From: Gammaproteobacteria bacterium
GTDB taxonomy: Bacteria; Pseudomonadota; Gammaproteobacteria; DSM-16500
Length of the DNA stretch: 64,000 bases
Direction of reading: 5' to 3'
NCBI GenBank assembly: GCA_013287845.1
Contig: JABDDA010000002.1
Span: 10,605 to 74,604 of the forward strand
Shown here: positions 48,315 through 58,535 of the stretch, piece by piece
Position numbering within the stretch: the stretch's first letter is position 1
How the letters are laid out: every line of letters begins with the position of its first letter
The notes under the pieces: generated by a model
Seen by the model: only the letters and a program-made list of their open reading frames with translations
Told to the model about the DNA's origin: nothing
Database searches by the model: none
Made by a program: the position numbers and the translations under genes

Positions 48315-49601
48315 ATGCAAACAACACTCAATCGCGAAGAAAAAAAAATTGTCAGTCTCGCAGCATTAGGCGGCATGCTTGAGTTTTATGATTTTATTAT
48401 TTACGGTATTTTTTCTGTTTATTTCGCGCATCAATTTTTTCCTAGCAGCAATGAATATCTTTCCATTATCCAAAGTTATGGCGTATTTGTTTTAGGTTAT
48501 TTAGCACGCCCTATCGGTGGAATTATTTTTAGTCATATTGGTGATGAATATGGACGAAAAAAAGTTTTAATTATTACCGTGACATTAATGGGAATTGCCT
48601 CACTCGGAATTGGCTTATTACCCACCTATTCACATATTAATATTGCTGCACCGATTTTATTATTATTGTTGCGATTATTGCAGGGGCTTGCACTCGGTGG
48701 CGAATTACCTAGCACGTATGTTTATATCAGTGAAACTATTTTAACAAAACAAGGATTAAGTTTTGGAATTGTCATGGCTGGAGTCAATGCCGGTTTATTA
48801 TTAGGCATGTCAATTAACCAAATTCTTAATTCAATTTTAACGCCGGAACAAATACAGATATACGGTTGGCGAATTCCTTTTATTTTCGGCGGAATACTTT
48901 GCTTGATTAGTTATCAAATTCGAAAAATGTTGCAAGAAACACCTTCATTTCAAAAAATTCACGATAAACCTTCTTTTCCTTTATTTTATTTATTTAAAAA
49001 TCATTTCTTGCAAGTGCTTGCAGGAATTGCATCCACATCTGTCATGTCTGGATTGGTAGTTGTCACAGTAGTATTCATGCCTACTTATTTGCGCGAAATG
49101 TTGCATCTCGACAGTAAAACGATTAGTAATAATATGTTGATTGTGATTTTTATTAATGTTGTTTCTATTTATTTAATTGGATTGCTTGCGCAAAAAACTA
49201 AACCACATATTATTTTGCGCAGCGTATTAATACTAAGCGTTATATTCATTCCCTTCTGTTATTGGCTCATGAAAGAAAATCATTATTTAATTTATGGATT
49301 AATTATTTTAGGAATATTAGAAGGTGGCGCTGCAATGATTACACCTTTATTTTTAACGTATTTATTTCCTACCAAAATTCGTTTAACAGGCGTTGCGCTC
49401 TGTTACAACATAAGCCAAACTTTATTTGGTGGAATGTCACCTGTGATGATTACTTATTTTATAAAAAATGGAGCGAATGTTTATTTCACTCCGGTTTTTT
49501 ATTTATTAATTATTACGTTGATTTGCGCAGCGGGCGTTACGTATGCAGTTAAAAATAATTCTGCATTACGACGGAATTCGTCGCACAGTCATAGCAACTG
49601 A
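48315..49601 (+). CDS. MFS transporter, metabolite:H+ symporter (ProP/KgtP-like)
   Basis: LEFYDFIIYG N-terminal signature and FSHIGDEYGRKKVL motif A. 12 TM segments. Confidence 0.78.
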   Translation: MQTTLNREEKKIVSLAALGGMLEFYDFIIYGIFSVYFAHQFFPSSNEYLSIIQSYGVFVLGYLARPIGGIIFSHIGDEYGRKKVLIITVTLMGIASLGIGLLPTYSHINIAAPILLLLLRLLQGLALGGELPSTYVYISETILTKQGLSFGIVMAGVNAGLLLGMSINQILNSILTPEQIQIYGWRIPFIFGGILCLISYQIRKMLQETPSFQKIHDKPSFPLFYLFKNHFLQVLAGIASTSVMSGLVVVTVVFMPTYLREMLHLDSKTISNNMLIVIFINVVSIYLIGLLAQKTKPHIILRSVLILSVIFIPFCYWLMKENHYLIYGLIILGILEGGAAMITPLFLTYLFPTKIRLTGVALCYNISQTLFGGMSPVMITYFIKNGANVYFTPVFYLLIITLICAAGVTYAVKNNSALRRNSSHSHSN

Positions 49602-50129
49602 GCTCACATCAGATGATTTGGACTCATCAGGTATCTGATCATATTCAGCAGTAGTAGGCGCGGGCGTTTGCTGTGATTCATTTGAATTCGCAGCGTTTCT
49701 TTTCCAACGCATATAACAAAATGCAGCAGCTAAAATCACAACAACACTCACTGCACAAAAAAGTAAAATCAAACGAGAATCAAAAACAGAATTTTCAGTA
49801 AAACATGTCGGCTCAGGCGTACCATCAATATAATTGTGCATAGCATCATGAACATCCTCTGAGTCAATTTGCGCGGGAGAACATTGTCCAAATGAAGCCA
49901 TCAATGTTTGACGACTACCATCACATATAGTCATTGTGGTAGAAACCCCCTCCTGCACAATAACGTCACAATTATCATTTGTAGGAACAAGATTTAAAGA
50001 AGGATCAGATGCATTCACTGCATTAACCAATCCATTGAGATCTATATTTTGCGCTGTAATACGAACTGTCGTATTGAAAGGATTACTTCTAAAAAAACCA
50101 AACCGCGTATTTGACATGTGACACTCCAC
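49566..50129 (-). CDS. hypothetical single-pass membrane protein with Cys-containing N-domain
   Basis: One TM segment, LILLFCAVSVVVILAAAFCY, followed by a polar ~45-aa tail. A GGAG RBS precedes the internal ATG at 50117. The 3' end overlaps the MFS gene by 36 nt. Confidence 0.4.
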   Translation of the reverse strand: MECHMSNTRFGFFRSNPFNTTVRITAQNIDLNGLVNAVNASDPSLNLVPTNDNCDVIVQEGVSTTMTICDGSRQTLMASFGQCSPAQIDSEDVHDAMHNYIDGTPEPTCFTENSVFDSRLILLFCAVSVVVILAAAFCYMRWKRNAANSNESQQTPAPTTAEYDQIPDESKSSDVSSVAMTVRRIPS

Positions 50130-50203
50130 TCCAAAATTTTTAATAATAAGACGCTTATTTTAACTGACCATTTAATACACTGTCAAAATAAAAAAAATTT
50201 AAA

Positions 50204-50222
50204 TCCTTAAGATTTCCTTAAG
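50204..50222. promoter_or_regulatory. tandem TCCTTAAG direct repeat (11-bp period) in a divergent promoter region
   Basis: TCCTTAAG-ATT-TCCTTAAG. The reverse complement contains the same TTAAGG core as the repeats upstream of the LRR gene. Confidence 0.35.
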
Positions 50223-50344
50223 CTTTGAGGAGTAAGTTATTTAAGACTTCACTCATTACAGGAGATCACACCTTCAAAAAAACACACTGAAAACCTCCAC
50301 ACAAAATTTTTTAACAAATAATTTATTTACTGAGGATTTCAAAT

Positions 50345-51550
50345 ATGACAACAAATAATTTTAAAACTCTTCTCATCGCAGCTGTAAACGCAACTCATAT
50401 TCATTCTAGCAATAAATCAGGTATCAATGTTATTGAAGAAGCCGAAAAAGATGTCGCAAATTTATTGCGTGCTTATCAATTAATAAAATCAGTGCGTGAT
50501 GATGAATATTATTCTGTTTTAGGAAACCAATGGGATCCTGATTTTGAATTTGATTGGTCTGATACAAAAAAGAATGGTGACACACCTGTGCAATTAGCTG
50601 CGCGATCAGAACGCACTAAGATGATGCAACTATTGATTACAGCAGGTGCAAATACCACTCAAAATGATTCTACCGGTCAATCTGTTCTTGCTTACGTTTC
50701 TTCTAAAAAAGAAAAACCTTCTCACAAAAAAGCAGTGAGTTACGATGAAGGAATGTCTGCTACAACATCTACAACAGAACCTACCGCGTTATCAGTTCTG
50801 CTAAAATCACAATTAAAATTACGTAAAATACAAAAGAAAAACCCAGAAAATGTTTCAACGAATCCTGATCAAAAAATAAATGAACCAAAAAAACCATTCA
50901 ATTTTTATCAATTATTTGATCGTGCGAAAAGACGTGCTGATTTTGAGACTACGAATCCAAAATATAAAACAGATTTAGCTAAATTAATTGAAAGCTGGGA
51001 ATTAATTAAAGATGTCAAACAAAAAACCATTCCACAAGGAAAAGAATTACAAGGAACAGATTGGATTAGTTCTCAAATGCCTGACAAAAATCAATATCCG
51101 GAAATGCATGAAATAAACCAGTGGCGCGCATTAGTTCCTAAACCACCACAACCTAAAGTTAAAAAACCTGCACCAGCAACACCTAAACCAAACTATTCTG
51201 ATCTTTCGAGTGCCATTGCAGCACATTTTTCTCATGACAATAAAGACGTTAAAACAGATAGCAAAACAGTGGCTTCTGCGAGAGCTGCATCACCTTCTAC
51301 TTCACCTGATGCATCTCCACCTACTTCGCCACAACCTAAACAACCTGCTCATATGCGTGCACAGTCTTCTAGTTCTGCACCCGGAACACCTGCTGCAACA
51401 TCAGTGAAGCCATCCCTCAATCATTTTTTATTGGCACCACCGCTTCCAACATTAACTCCTTTACCTCCTTCAGCGGCAAGTGCATCTACTAAAACTTCAT
51501 CACCAAAAACAATCACCATTCCTATTCCCTCTGCTGCAACACCCAAATAA
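50345..51550 (+). CDS. ankyrin-repeat protein with long Pro/Ser/Thr-rich C-terminal region
   Basis: Ankyrin unit NGDTPVQLAARSERTKMMQLLITAGANTTQNDSTGQSVLAYV. The C-terminal ~130 aa are rich in PxxP and SP/TP (PPQPKVKKPAPATPKP, SPSTSPDASPPTSPQPKQP). Confidence 0.7.
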   Translation: MTTNNFKTLLIAAVNATHIHSSNKSGINVIEEAEKDVANLLRAYQLIKSVRDDEYYSVLGNQWDPDFEFDWSDTKKNGDTPVQLAARSERTKMMQLLITAGANTTQNDSTGQSVLAYVSSKKEKPSHKKAVSYDEGMSATTSTTEPTALSVLLKSQLKLRKIQKKNPENVSTNPDQKINEPKKPFNFYQLFDRAKRRADFETTNPKYKTDLAKLIESWELIKDVKQKTIPQGKELQGTDWISSQMPDKNQYPEMHEINQWRALVPKPPQPKVKKPAPATPKPNYSDLSSAIAAHFSHDNKDVKTDSKTVASARAASPSTSPDASPPTSPQPKQPAHMRAQSSSSAPGTPAATSVKPSLNHFLLAPPLPTLTPLPPSAASASTKTSSPKTITIPIPSAATPK

Positions 51551-51557
51551 ATGGGAA

Positions 51558-51594
51558 AATCAGGCCTCAAATTACCGAGGCCTGATTTATTTTT
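51558..51594. terminator. bidirectional rho-independent terminator
   Basis: AATCAGGCCTC-aaattacc-GAGGCCTGATT stem-loop with U-rich tracts on both transcripts. Lies between convergent genes. Confidence 0.7.
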
Positions 51595-52393
51595 AATTTC
51601 CATTCACTTGAATATTTCCACTGAGACTTCTGATTTTAATAGATCCCACAGAATTTTTATTAGGCAACACAACAGTTTGACTTGTTGAAACTTTTCCTGA
51701 CGTCGATGAAATATCTAATGTTGCATTGAGTGGTTTAGAAATTTTTACATTAATATCACCTGATATTGTTTTCATATTAAAATTGGGAGAATGAAAAACA
51801 GATTCAACAGACACATCGCCTGATACACTTTCTAATTCTAATTGTTTAACACTTCCATTCCACTTTACATCACCACTCACTGCCATGATGTCTGCTTCAT
51901 TGGCATCCACTTCATTTAATTTCACATCACCGGATATGGCACGAACAGATAATTTTTTTAGCTTCATCTGATCCATTTTAATATCACCTGATCGATTTTC
52001 AATTTTAATTATTTCTACGTCATTCGGTAATGAAATCGTAACAGAAGAATCTGAATCAGAAGGAACTTTAATAATCACCTGATGATTTTGTTTTGAAAAC
52101 TGAATTGCATTTTGTTCTGCACTTCCTCTTGTAAATTCAATTTTACCTTGTGAATTTTCAGCGTGTTTCACATAAACATTGGCATTGATACTTTGTATTT
52201 CAACAGAGTTTATTTCTTTGAAAGAAAAATTTTCATTAATCGTTTGATAATTTGACTTATCTTTAAATACCGCCCACGATCGCGTAGTATTTTTTGAATT
52301 TAAAAAATCACCTGAAAATTGATAACACAGATATGAAATTAAAAATGCAGTGATAGAAACAACGACTGCATAAAAAAATAAACGTGATTTCAT
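51593..52393 (-). CDS. DUF4097-like beta-repeat (putative adhesin) protein
   Basis: N-terminal TM anchor and repeated SGD(V/I) strands (ISGDVKLN, VSGDVKWN, VSGDVSVE, ISGDINVK, LSGNIQVN). Confidence 0.7.
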   Translation of the reverse strand: MKSRLFFYAVVVSITAFLISYLCYQFSGDFLNSKNTTRSWAVFKDKSNYQTINENFSFKEINSVEIQSINANVYVKHAENSQGKIEFTRGSAEQNAIQFSKQNHQVIIKVPSDSDSSVTISLPNDVEIIKIENRSGDIKMDQMKLKKLSVRAISGDVKLNEVDANEADIMAVSGDVKWNGSVKQLELESVSGDVSVESVFHSPNFNMKTISGDINVKISKPLNATLDISSTSGKVSTSQTVVLPNKNSVGSIKIRSLSGNIQVNGN

Positions 52394-52394
52394 T

Positions 52395-52985
52395 TTATTC
52401 TCCTTTCATGCGATTTTTAATAAATTGAATGTTCCACTGAAATAATTTTGCAACACCCTTGAAATAAAAAAGTGTCACATAGAAAAATCCAACCACCACT
52501 GCTGTGACCATTCCAAACCAACCGATTGCAAAAAATAATAACGATAATAGTGCGAATAATTTAAATCCCACTTCAAAAATAAGGAAAAATAAAACTAATA
52601 ACACGACAGGTAATGAAAGGGCAATAGCAAGCACAATAGGCCAACCGACGATAATCATTAACGTAACTAATAAAAGAGGTAATAAAACAAAAATTAAATT
52701 AAAAGGTGTCAGCAATAAAATGGCAAGAAGCGCGCCAAAACCCGCTGATATTTTTTGCGGCCATGTGCTTGCGGTGCGAATGCGTTTTACTTTGGCTTCT
52801 GCAATAATCGTTTCAGAAAATATTTTAGGCGATCCTAATTTTTCTAACACATCTTCTTCAGAACGCCCTCGACTTTTCGCTTCACGAAAATATTCTTCCA
52901 TATCTCGCAAAATATCATTACGTTCTTCTGCTGAAAGATCGTTTAAATATTTTTCTAATTCAGATAAAAATTGTTGTTTATTCAT
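52395..52985 (-). CDS. DUF1700-like membrane protein
   Basis: FLSELEKYLNDLSAEERNDILRDMEEYF N-terminus followed by TM segments. Lies between the PadR and DUF4097 genes. Confidence 0.7.
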   Translation of the reverse strand: MNKQQFLSELEKYLNDLSAEERNDILRDMEEYFREAKSRGRSEEDVLEKLGSPKIFSETIIAEAKVKRIRTASTWPQKISAGFGALLAILLLTPFNLIFVLLPLLLVTLMIIVGWPIVLAIALSLPVVLLVLFFLIFEVGFKLFALLSLLFFAIGWFGMVTAVVVGFFYVTLFYFKGVAKLFQWNIQFIKNRMKGE

Positions 52986-52986
52986 T

Positions 52987-53301
52987 TTAAACCTCGAGAT
53001 GAATTAATTTATTAACATTAGCAGAAAAATTTTTCCAATCCTGAATGAGTTCTTGTGTGAATTTTTTTCCATGACGCGTCATGCGATAATATTTTCGTGG
53101 CGGGCCTGATGTTGATTCTTGTAAATACGTTTCGACATATTTTTCTTGAGTTAATCGTCTCAGCAACGGATAAATCGTTCCTTCAGAAATATCGGTATAG
53201 TTTGAAATAGTCTCGACTAATTCAAAACCATAAAAATCTCTTTTTGCTAATAGCGCCAATACGCACATTTCTAAAATACCTTTGTTAAATTGCGGATTCA
53301 T
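52987..53301 (-). CDS. PadR-family transcriptional regulator
   Basis: Winged-helix ILEMCVLALLAKRDFYGFELVE...GTIYPLLRRLTQEKYV. Confidence 0.85.
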   Translation of the reverse strand: MNPQFNKGILEMCVLALLAKRDFYGFELVETISNYTDISEGTIYPLLRRLTQEKYVETYLQESTSGPPRKYYRMTRHGKKFTQELIQDWKNFSANVNKLIHLEV

Positions 53302-53362
53302 ACTGGTTCCTCATTCATGTACACTATAACACACTGTACCTTGCAATGCAAGGTAGTGGATA

Positions 53363-53403
53363 GTCATCATCCTGAGCTATGCTTTATAGCAAAGGATGAC
53401 GAG
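53363..53403. repeat. GC-rich palindromic intergenic repeat, short copy
   Basis: GTCATCATCCTGAGCTATGCTTTATAGCAAAGGATGACGAG aligns with TCATCGTCGTCCTGAGGCATGCTTTTTGCCGAAGGAC of the element at 9378..9414, and it forms a hairpin. Confidence 0.5.
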
Positions 53404-53410
53404 AAAAAAA

Positions 53411-54226
53411 TTATTTATTAGTGGGAATTTTTGCAGCAGCGGTTGCGGTAGCAGCAAGTTCTGGTTTGGGTAAATATTTTCCTGAAAGCATTTCTGATTT
53501 AAGTTTGATTTTCAAAGTATCTAATGGATCTGAAAAAAGCGTTCCAAAAAATTTTGTTTGTGTTGTTTCTTTTACATTGGAAACATGAGAAATTAATTTT
53601 TCAAGTAAATTTCGATTTCCAGTCCTCCCCGATGGATCCAGAAGAACCGAATCATAAAACCCCTTCGCTTTCACATATTCATTATATATTTTTAAAGGTT
53701 TATCTCGTGCACTTTCTTCTTCAAAAACAGATTTAATCCATAATGCATTGATAGTCCTACCATGCAATTCATCAATACCAAAATCTTCATATCGCGTAAA
53801 ATTTTCAATTTTACTTTTAACTGCATCAATGACTTTAATTCCTAATTCAAAAAGAATTTGACGACCAAAATCTTGCATATGGCTTAGAAATGCATTTGTC
53901 ATTGCTAAATTTTCTTTTTGACATAAGAGATCGAGTTCTTTTTGATATGCTGGCGCAACAATAGCTTTTTTTTCTAACAACTCTTTTTGCTCTGCTCCAT
54001 AAATTTGAATTTGACTAGGACTCAATTTTTGTTTTTCATCTGTTGGATTTTTTCCTAATTCATCTTTTAAAAATTTCAACCTATCATCCATTATCACTAC
54101 AGCTGCGCCCAAATTGGAGGCTTTTTTTATCACAGCAAGAAATTGTTCATTAGTAAGTGGTTTTGCCTCTGCTGCTTTGACATCTTTAGTATCTGCAGCT
54201 GCAGTATTTTTTCCTGACGCGGCCAT
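53411..54226 (-). CDS. hypothetical protein (271 aa) with Ala/Thr-rich termini
   Basis: GAGGAG RBS, with a CTATAAT box about 45 nt upstream. The N-terminus is MAASGKNTAAADTK and the C-terminus is ELAATATAAAKIPTNK. No family recognised. Confidence 0.55.
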   Translation of the reverse strand: MAASGKNTAAADTKDVKAAEAKPLTNEQFLAVIKKASNLGAAVVIMDDRLKFLKDELGKNPTDEKQKLSPSQIQIYGAEQKELLEKKAIVAPAYQKELDLLCQKENLAMTNAFLSHMQDFGRQILFELGIKVIDAVKSKIENFTRYEDFGIDELHGRTINALWIKSVFEEESARDKPLKIYNEYVKAKGFYDSVLLDPSGRTGNRNLLEKLISHVSNVKETTQTKFFGTLFSDPLDTLKIKLKSEMLSGKYLPKPELAATATAAAKIPTNK

Positions 54227-54316
54227 GGTAAATTCTCCTCTTCATTATTTCTTATATTATAGCCTAAATTAAGCAGATAAATAAGACACTTTTTACTTCA
54301 TGATTTTATTAAATAA

Positions 54317-56185
54317 TCACTGCGCAATTAAATCATTTATTACAGCTGAATCCGCCAACGTAGAAACATCTCCTAAATTTTCAACATCACCCACGGCAAT
54401 TTTTCGTAAAATACGCCGCATAATTTTTCCTGAACGTGTTTTAGGAAGTGCTTTTACAAACTGAATATTTTCTAATGTTGCAATCGGTCCAATCATTTCA
54501 CGCACATGATTATTTAATTTCTTTTTTAATTCATCTGATGGAATCACATTCGGCTTTATCACAACATACGCAAAAATACCTTGCCCTTTTATTTCATTTG
54601 GAATAGGTACTACTGCTGCTTCTGAAATTTCTGGAACAGAAATAAGTGCGCTTTCTAATTCGCCTGTTCCAATTCGATGTCCTGATACTTTAATCACATC
54701 ATCATTACGACCTTCAATCCAAAAATAATTTTCTTCATCACGATGCGCGCGATCGCCCGTTAAATATTTTCCGGGCACTTCTGTAAAATAGGTTTCGATA
54801 AAACGTTTTTGATCGCCATAAATTGTTTTCATCATGCCGGGCCACGGTTTTGAAATCACTAATTTTCCTGCTTCATTATTTTTAATTACATTTCCTTGTT
54901 CATCAATAATTTCAGGAACAATTCCAAAAAAAGGAAATGTTGCAGAACCTGGTTTTAAAGGCGTACACGGTAAAGGAGAAATTAAAATTCCACCCGTTTC
55001 TGTTTGCCACCACGTATCGACAATCGGACATTTTTTTTGTCCCACCACATCGTAATACCATTTCCACACATCAGGATTAATCGGTTCACCGACTGTTCCT
55101 AATAATTTTAAACTTTTTCGGCTTGTTTTATTGACCCATTCATCACCTTCATGACGCAATGCACGAATAGCTGTAGGTGCAGTATAAAAAATATTAACGC
55201 TGTACTTATCAATGATTTCCCAATAACGAGAAAAATTGGGATAACTGGGAACACCTTCAAACAAAAGTGTGGTTGCACCATTTAATAAAGGACCATAAAG
55301 AATATAAGAATGCCCTGTAATCCAACCTAAATCTGCAGTGCACCAATAAATATCTTCATCAGCACAATCAAAAACATATTTAAAAGTAGTCGCAACAAAT
55401 ACTAAATATCCACCTGTTGTGTGTAATACGCCTTTTGGTTTTCCTGTTGAACCTGATGTGTATAAAATAAAAAATGGATCATCTGAATTCATTTTTTCTG
55501 GAACACAATTTGAATCTACTTTTTTCATTTCATCGTGATACCACACATCACGTTTGTCATCCCAGGAAATAGAATTTCCTGTGCGTTTCACTACAATTAT
55601 TTTTTTAACATTGCGACATTCGTTAACCGCTTGATCTGCATTTTTTTTCAATGGAATTATTTTTCCACCACGCACACCTTCATCTGCAGTAATCACCAGC
55701 TGACAATCTGAATCTAAAATACGTGTTCTAAGTGAATCAGCAGAAAAACCACCAAATACAACAGAATGAATCGCACCAATGCGCGCGCAAGCCAACATTG
55801 AAATAATAATTTCAGGAATCATGGGTAAATAAATACAAACACGATCGCCTTTTTTAATATTTTGTTTTTTTAATACATTTGCGAATCGAGAAACTTCTTC
55901 ATAAAGTTCACCGTAAGTCATTATTTTTGATTGAGCAGGATCATCGCCTTCCCAAATAATGGCGGGTTTATCTTTTTTATTTTTTAAATGACGATCAAGA
56001 CAGTTGTAACTTGCATTTAATTTTCCACCAACAAACCAGCGTGTATCTTGTTTTTCAAAACTTCCACTCAATACTTTTTCAAAGGGTGAATCCCAATGTA
56101 AAAATTCGTTTGCTTGTTCCGCCCAAAATTGTTCGGGATTTTCAATAGAATAACGATACAGTTCTTTATATTTTTCAAAATTCAT
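54317..56185 (-). CDS. acs: acetyl-CoA synthetase
   Basis: [12 protein letters not shown]-terminus, [15 protein letters not shown]-binding motif, and a C-terminal [12 protein letters not shown]. Confidence 0.93.
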   Translation of the reverse strand: MNFEKYKELYRYSIENPEQFWAEQANEFLHWDSPFEKVLSGSFEKQDTRWFVGGKLNASYNCLDRHLKNKKDKPAIIWEGDDPAQSKIMTYGELYEEVSRFANVLKKQNIKKGDRVCIYLPMIPEIIISMLACARIGAIHSVVFGGFSADSLRTRILDSDCQLVITADEGVRGGKIIPLKKNADQAVNECRNVKKIIVVKRTGNSISWDDKRDVWYHDEMKKVDSNCVPEKMNSDDPFFILYTSGSTGKPKGVLHTTGGYLVFVATTFKYVFDCADEDIYWCTADLGWITGHSYILYGPLLNGATTLLFEGVPSYPNFSRYWEIIDKYSVNIFYTAPTAIRALRHEGDEWVNKTSRKSLKLLGTVGEPINPDVWKWYYDVVGQKKCPIVDTWWQTETGGILISPLPCTPLKPGSATFPFFGIVPEIIDEQGNVIKNNEAGKLVISKPWPGMMKTIYGDQKRFIETYFTEVPGKYLTGDRAHRDEENYFWIEGRNDDVIKVSGHRIGTGELESALISVPEISEAAVVPIPNEIKGQGIFAYVVIKPNVIPSDELKKKLNNHVREMIGPIATLENIQFVKALPKTRSGKIMRRILRKIAVGDVENLGDVSTLADSAVINDLIAQ

Positions 56186-56186
56186 T

Positions 56187-56870
56187 TTAATTCGCCAGAT
56201 AATCTAAAATAAAATCTAATTTTTTATTAATACTTTCGAAATCCGTTAATATCATTTTTTCACTGGCTTGTGTATAACGACTTGGATTGAGATCATTTTC
56301 ACAATGATTCAACATGCCGTCGACTAATTCACGCGTCATTTCAAAATGACATTGCAATCCATATATTTTTTCATCATAACGAACCACTTGTCTTGGACAC
56401 CCTTCACTTTCTGCAATAATTACTGCATTGTCAGAAAGCCCCGGCATATCATTATGCCAATGCATCACATCAAATTGTTTTGGGAAATTTTTAAAAATAG
56501 GATCATGCATTCCTTCTTGTGTTAACGAAATAGGAAATGCACCGACTTCTTTATTCGGACTTCGCATTGTTTTCGCACCGAGTGCTTCACCAATAATTTG
56601 CGCGCCTAAACAAATGCCTAAAATAGGCTTATTTTTTTGAATTGCATTTTGCGTAAATAAAATTTCATCTTTCAAATAAGGATATTCAATAAAATGGGTT
56701 GGACTTTGCGGCCCGCCCATAATAATTAAAAAATCATAAGAATTATTTTCTGATAATGATTCACCTTTATAAGGTGCTGTCACAGTGTACGTGTGATTAT
56801 TTTTTAAAATCCAATTTAAAATGGAGCCGGGTTTTTCAAATGAGGCGTGAATAATAATTTGGATGTGCAT
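56187..56870 (-). CDS. class I glutamine amidotransferase domain protein
   Basis: Nucleophile elbow GICLGAQ and the His-Glu pair in LQCHFEMT. Lies 1 nt upstream of acs. Confidence 0.75.
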   Translation of the reverse strand: MHIQIIIHASFEKPGSILNWILKNNHTYTVTAPYKGESLSENNSYDFLIIMGGPQSPTHFIEYPYLKDEILFTQNAIQKNKPILGICLGAQIIGEALGAKTMRSPNKEVGAFPISLTQEGMHDPIFKNFPKQFDVMHWHNDMPGLSDNAVIIAESEGCPRQVVRYDEKIYGLQCHFEMTRELVDGMLNHCENDLNPSRYTQASEKMILTDFESINKKLDFILDYLAN

Positions 56871-56900
56871 ATTATTTTCCTTAAATAATGATGCGACAGT

Positions 56901-58082
56901 CTATACTGACTCCTTTTGAAACGCCACTTCCCGAAGAATTTTTTCAATAAAATTTTTGATTTCATCTTTGTTCGGTAATGCAAGTTGATATTGCGAAATA
57001 AATAATTGATTACTTAATCCTGATAAAGCATATTCCACTAGCGCTTCATTTTTTTCTGCGCATAACAATAAGCCAACTGGTTGATTATCGCCTTGTGTCA
57101 TTTCATGTTTTTGATAATAACTTAAATAAGAATTGAGCTGCCCAATATTTTCATGACTGAAAGGTTCCACTTTTAATTCTATTAATACATGGCATTTTAA
57201 AATTCGGTGATAGCAAACCAAATCTACAAAATAAAATTCATTCCCCATTAAAATTCGTTTATCACGCGCTTCGAAACAAAATCCTTTTCCCATTTCTAAT
57301 AAAAATTCTTGTAGCTTATCAAGTAAAGAATCTCGTAAATTATTTTCTCTTAATATTTCATTAGGCTTAATACCTAAAAATTCGAAAACATAGGGATCAC
57401 GGATGACATCTTTTGGTGTGAGTTGATGCGCTTCTTGTTGCACTAATTTAGATAATTTTTCTTTATTTTTTGATAATCCTGTTCGCTCATAATATAAGCT
57501 ACCAATTTGGCGTTTAAGTTCCCGACGTGACCAATGACCACGGACCGATTCAATTTCATAAAAACTTCTTTTGAGAGGATCATTAATCTTAATTAATTCT
57601 ACAAAATGCGTAAAAGATAACGCTCGCACCAAAGTAGAAATAGGTAACCGAGGAATATCTGTTTTGGCTGGCTCTCGCGGCACCTGAAGGTTTATCCCTG
57701 CCCCAACAATCTGATCAAAAAAAACGCTAGATTCTGCAGCCACTGGCTGCAGAATTTGAAACCCAGTTGATCGGTTAATAATTGATCTAAATTCTGCGGG
57801 CACTGCCTGCAAAATCTCAGGATATGCTTTATAAAAATTAAGATAATCCCATAGACTCCTAGCCGAACAATTCGGAATGCTTTTCTGCAATGCTTCTGAC
57901 AAGCGCTCTATAAGATTCTCACCATAAAGCGCCCGATCACTTCCATTCAATTCATATTCCTGTATTCGACACCCAATCAACCAATTCCTAAGCGTCAAAC
58001 AAATGTTCACCGACTTACTCGCCTGCACGAATAACACATCATGCGTATTTTTAATTGCATTTGTTAGCTGTGAAAAATCCAT
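56901..58082 (-). CDS. DUF1016/YhcG PD-(D/E)XK nuclease-like protein (intact)
   Basis: 393 aa with HFVELIKINDPLKRSFYE and a C-terminal FYFVDLVCYHRILKCHVLIELK restriction-endonuclease-like core. Confidence 0.7.
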   Translation of the reverse strand: MDFSQLTNAIKNTHDVLFVQASKSVNICLTLRNWLIGCRIQEYELNGSDRALYGENLIERLSEALQKSIPNCSARSLWDYLNFYKAYPEILQAVPAEFRSIINRSTGFQILQPVAAESSVFFDQIVGAGINLQVPREPAKTDIPRLPISTLVRALSFTHFVELIKINDPLKRSFYEIESVRGHWSRRELKRQIGSLYYERTGLSKNKEKLSKLVQQEAHQLTPKDVIRDPYVFEFLGIKPNEILRENNLRDSLLDKLQEFLLEMGKGFCFEARDKRILMGNEFYFVDLVCYHRILKCHVLIELKVEPFSHENIGQLNSYLSYYQKHEMTQGDNQPVGLLLCAEKNEALVEYALSGLSNQLFISQYQLALPNKDEIKNFIEKILREVAFQKESV

Positions 58083-58260
58083 AAAATTCTCCTTGAATTA
58101 AAATTTAAAATTCAAAAAATGATTTTTATTTTGGTACACAGAGAAAATTGCAGATAGAATGAAATGAAAGTTTTATTGTTATCTCTGAAAACTTCCGCGC
58201 TATAATAACAAAAAAATTTCAAATTAGAAGATAGTATTATTACAATAAAAGAAGCTCATT

Positions 58261-58530
58261 ATGCGAAAAAAAATTTCACACGAACTGATGTCTCTTTCTA
58301 ATGTCGGCAAAGCCACATTAGAAGATTTTAAATTATTAGGAATTCACTCCATCAAAGAATTAGCAAAATGCAATCCCGATGAACTTTATAATCGCCTACA
58401 AAAAATCACAAAACAAAAACACGACCCCTGCGTATGGGATGTGTTTGCGGCTAGCATTCACGAAGCAAAAACAGGCGAAAAACAAAAATGGTGGGAATGG
58501 ACAAAAGTCCGCAAAACCCGTCGCGGGTAA
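58261..58530 (+). CDS. helix-hairpin-helix protein (Cdd1 / mitomycin-resistance-like)
   Basis: 89 aa. LSNVGKATLEDFKLLGIHSIKELAKCNPDELY is an HhH motif. Confidence 0.5.
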   Translation: MRKKISHELMSLSNVGKATLEDFKLLGIHSIKELAKCNPDELYNRLQKITKQKHDPCVWDVFAASIHEAKTGEKQKWWEWTKVRKTRRG

Positions 58531-58535
58531 GAATT

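Noticed and set aside
52504..53007. 167-aa plus-strand ORF.
   Set aside because: It is entirely antisense to the DUF1700 gene. Its N/K/T-rich translation is typical of the reverse frame of an AT-rich membrane-protein gene.
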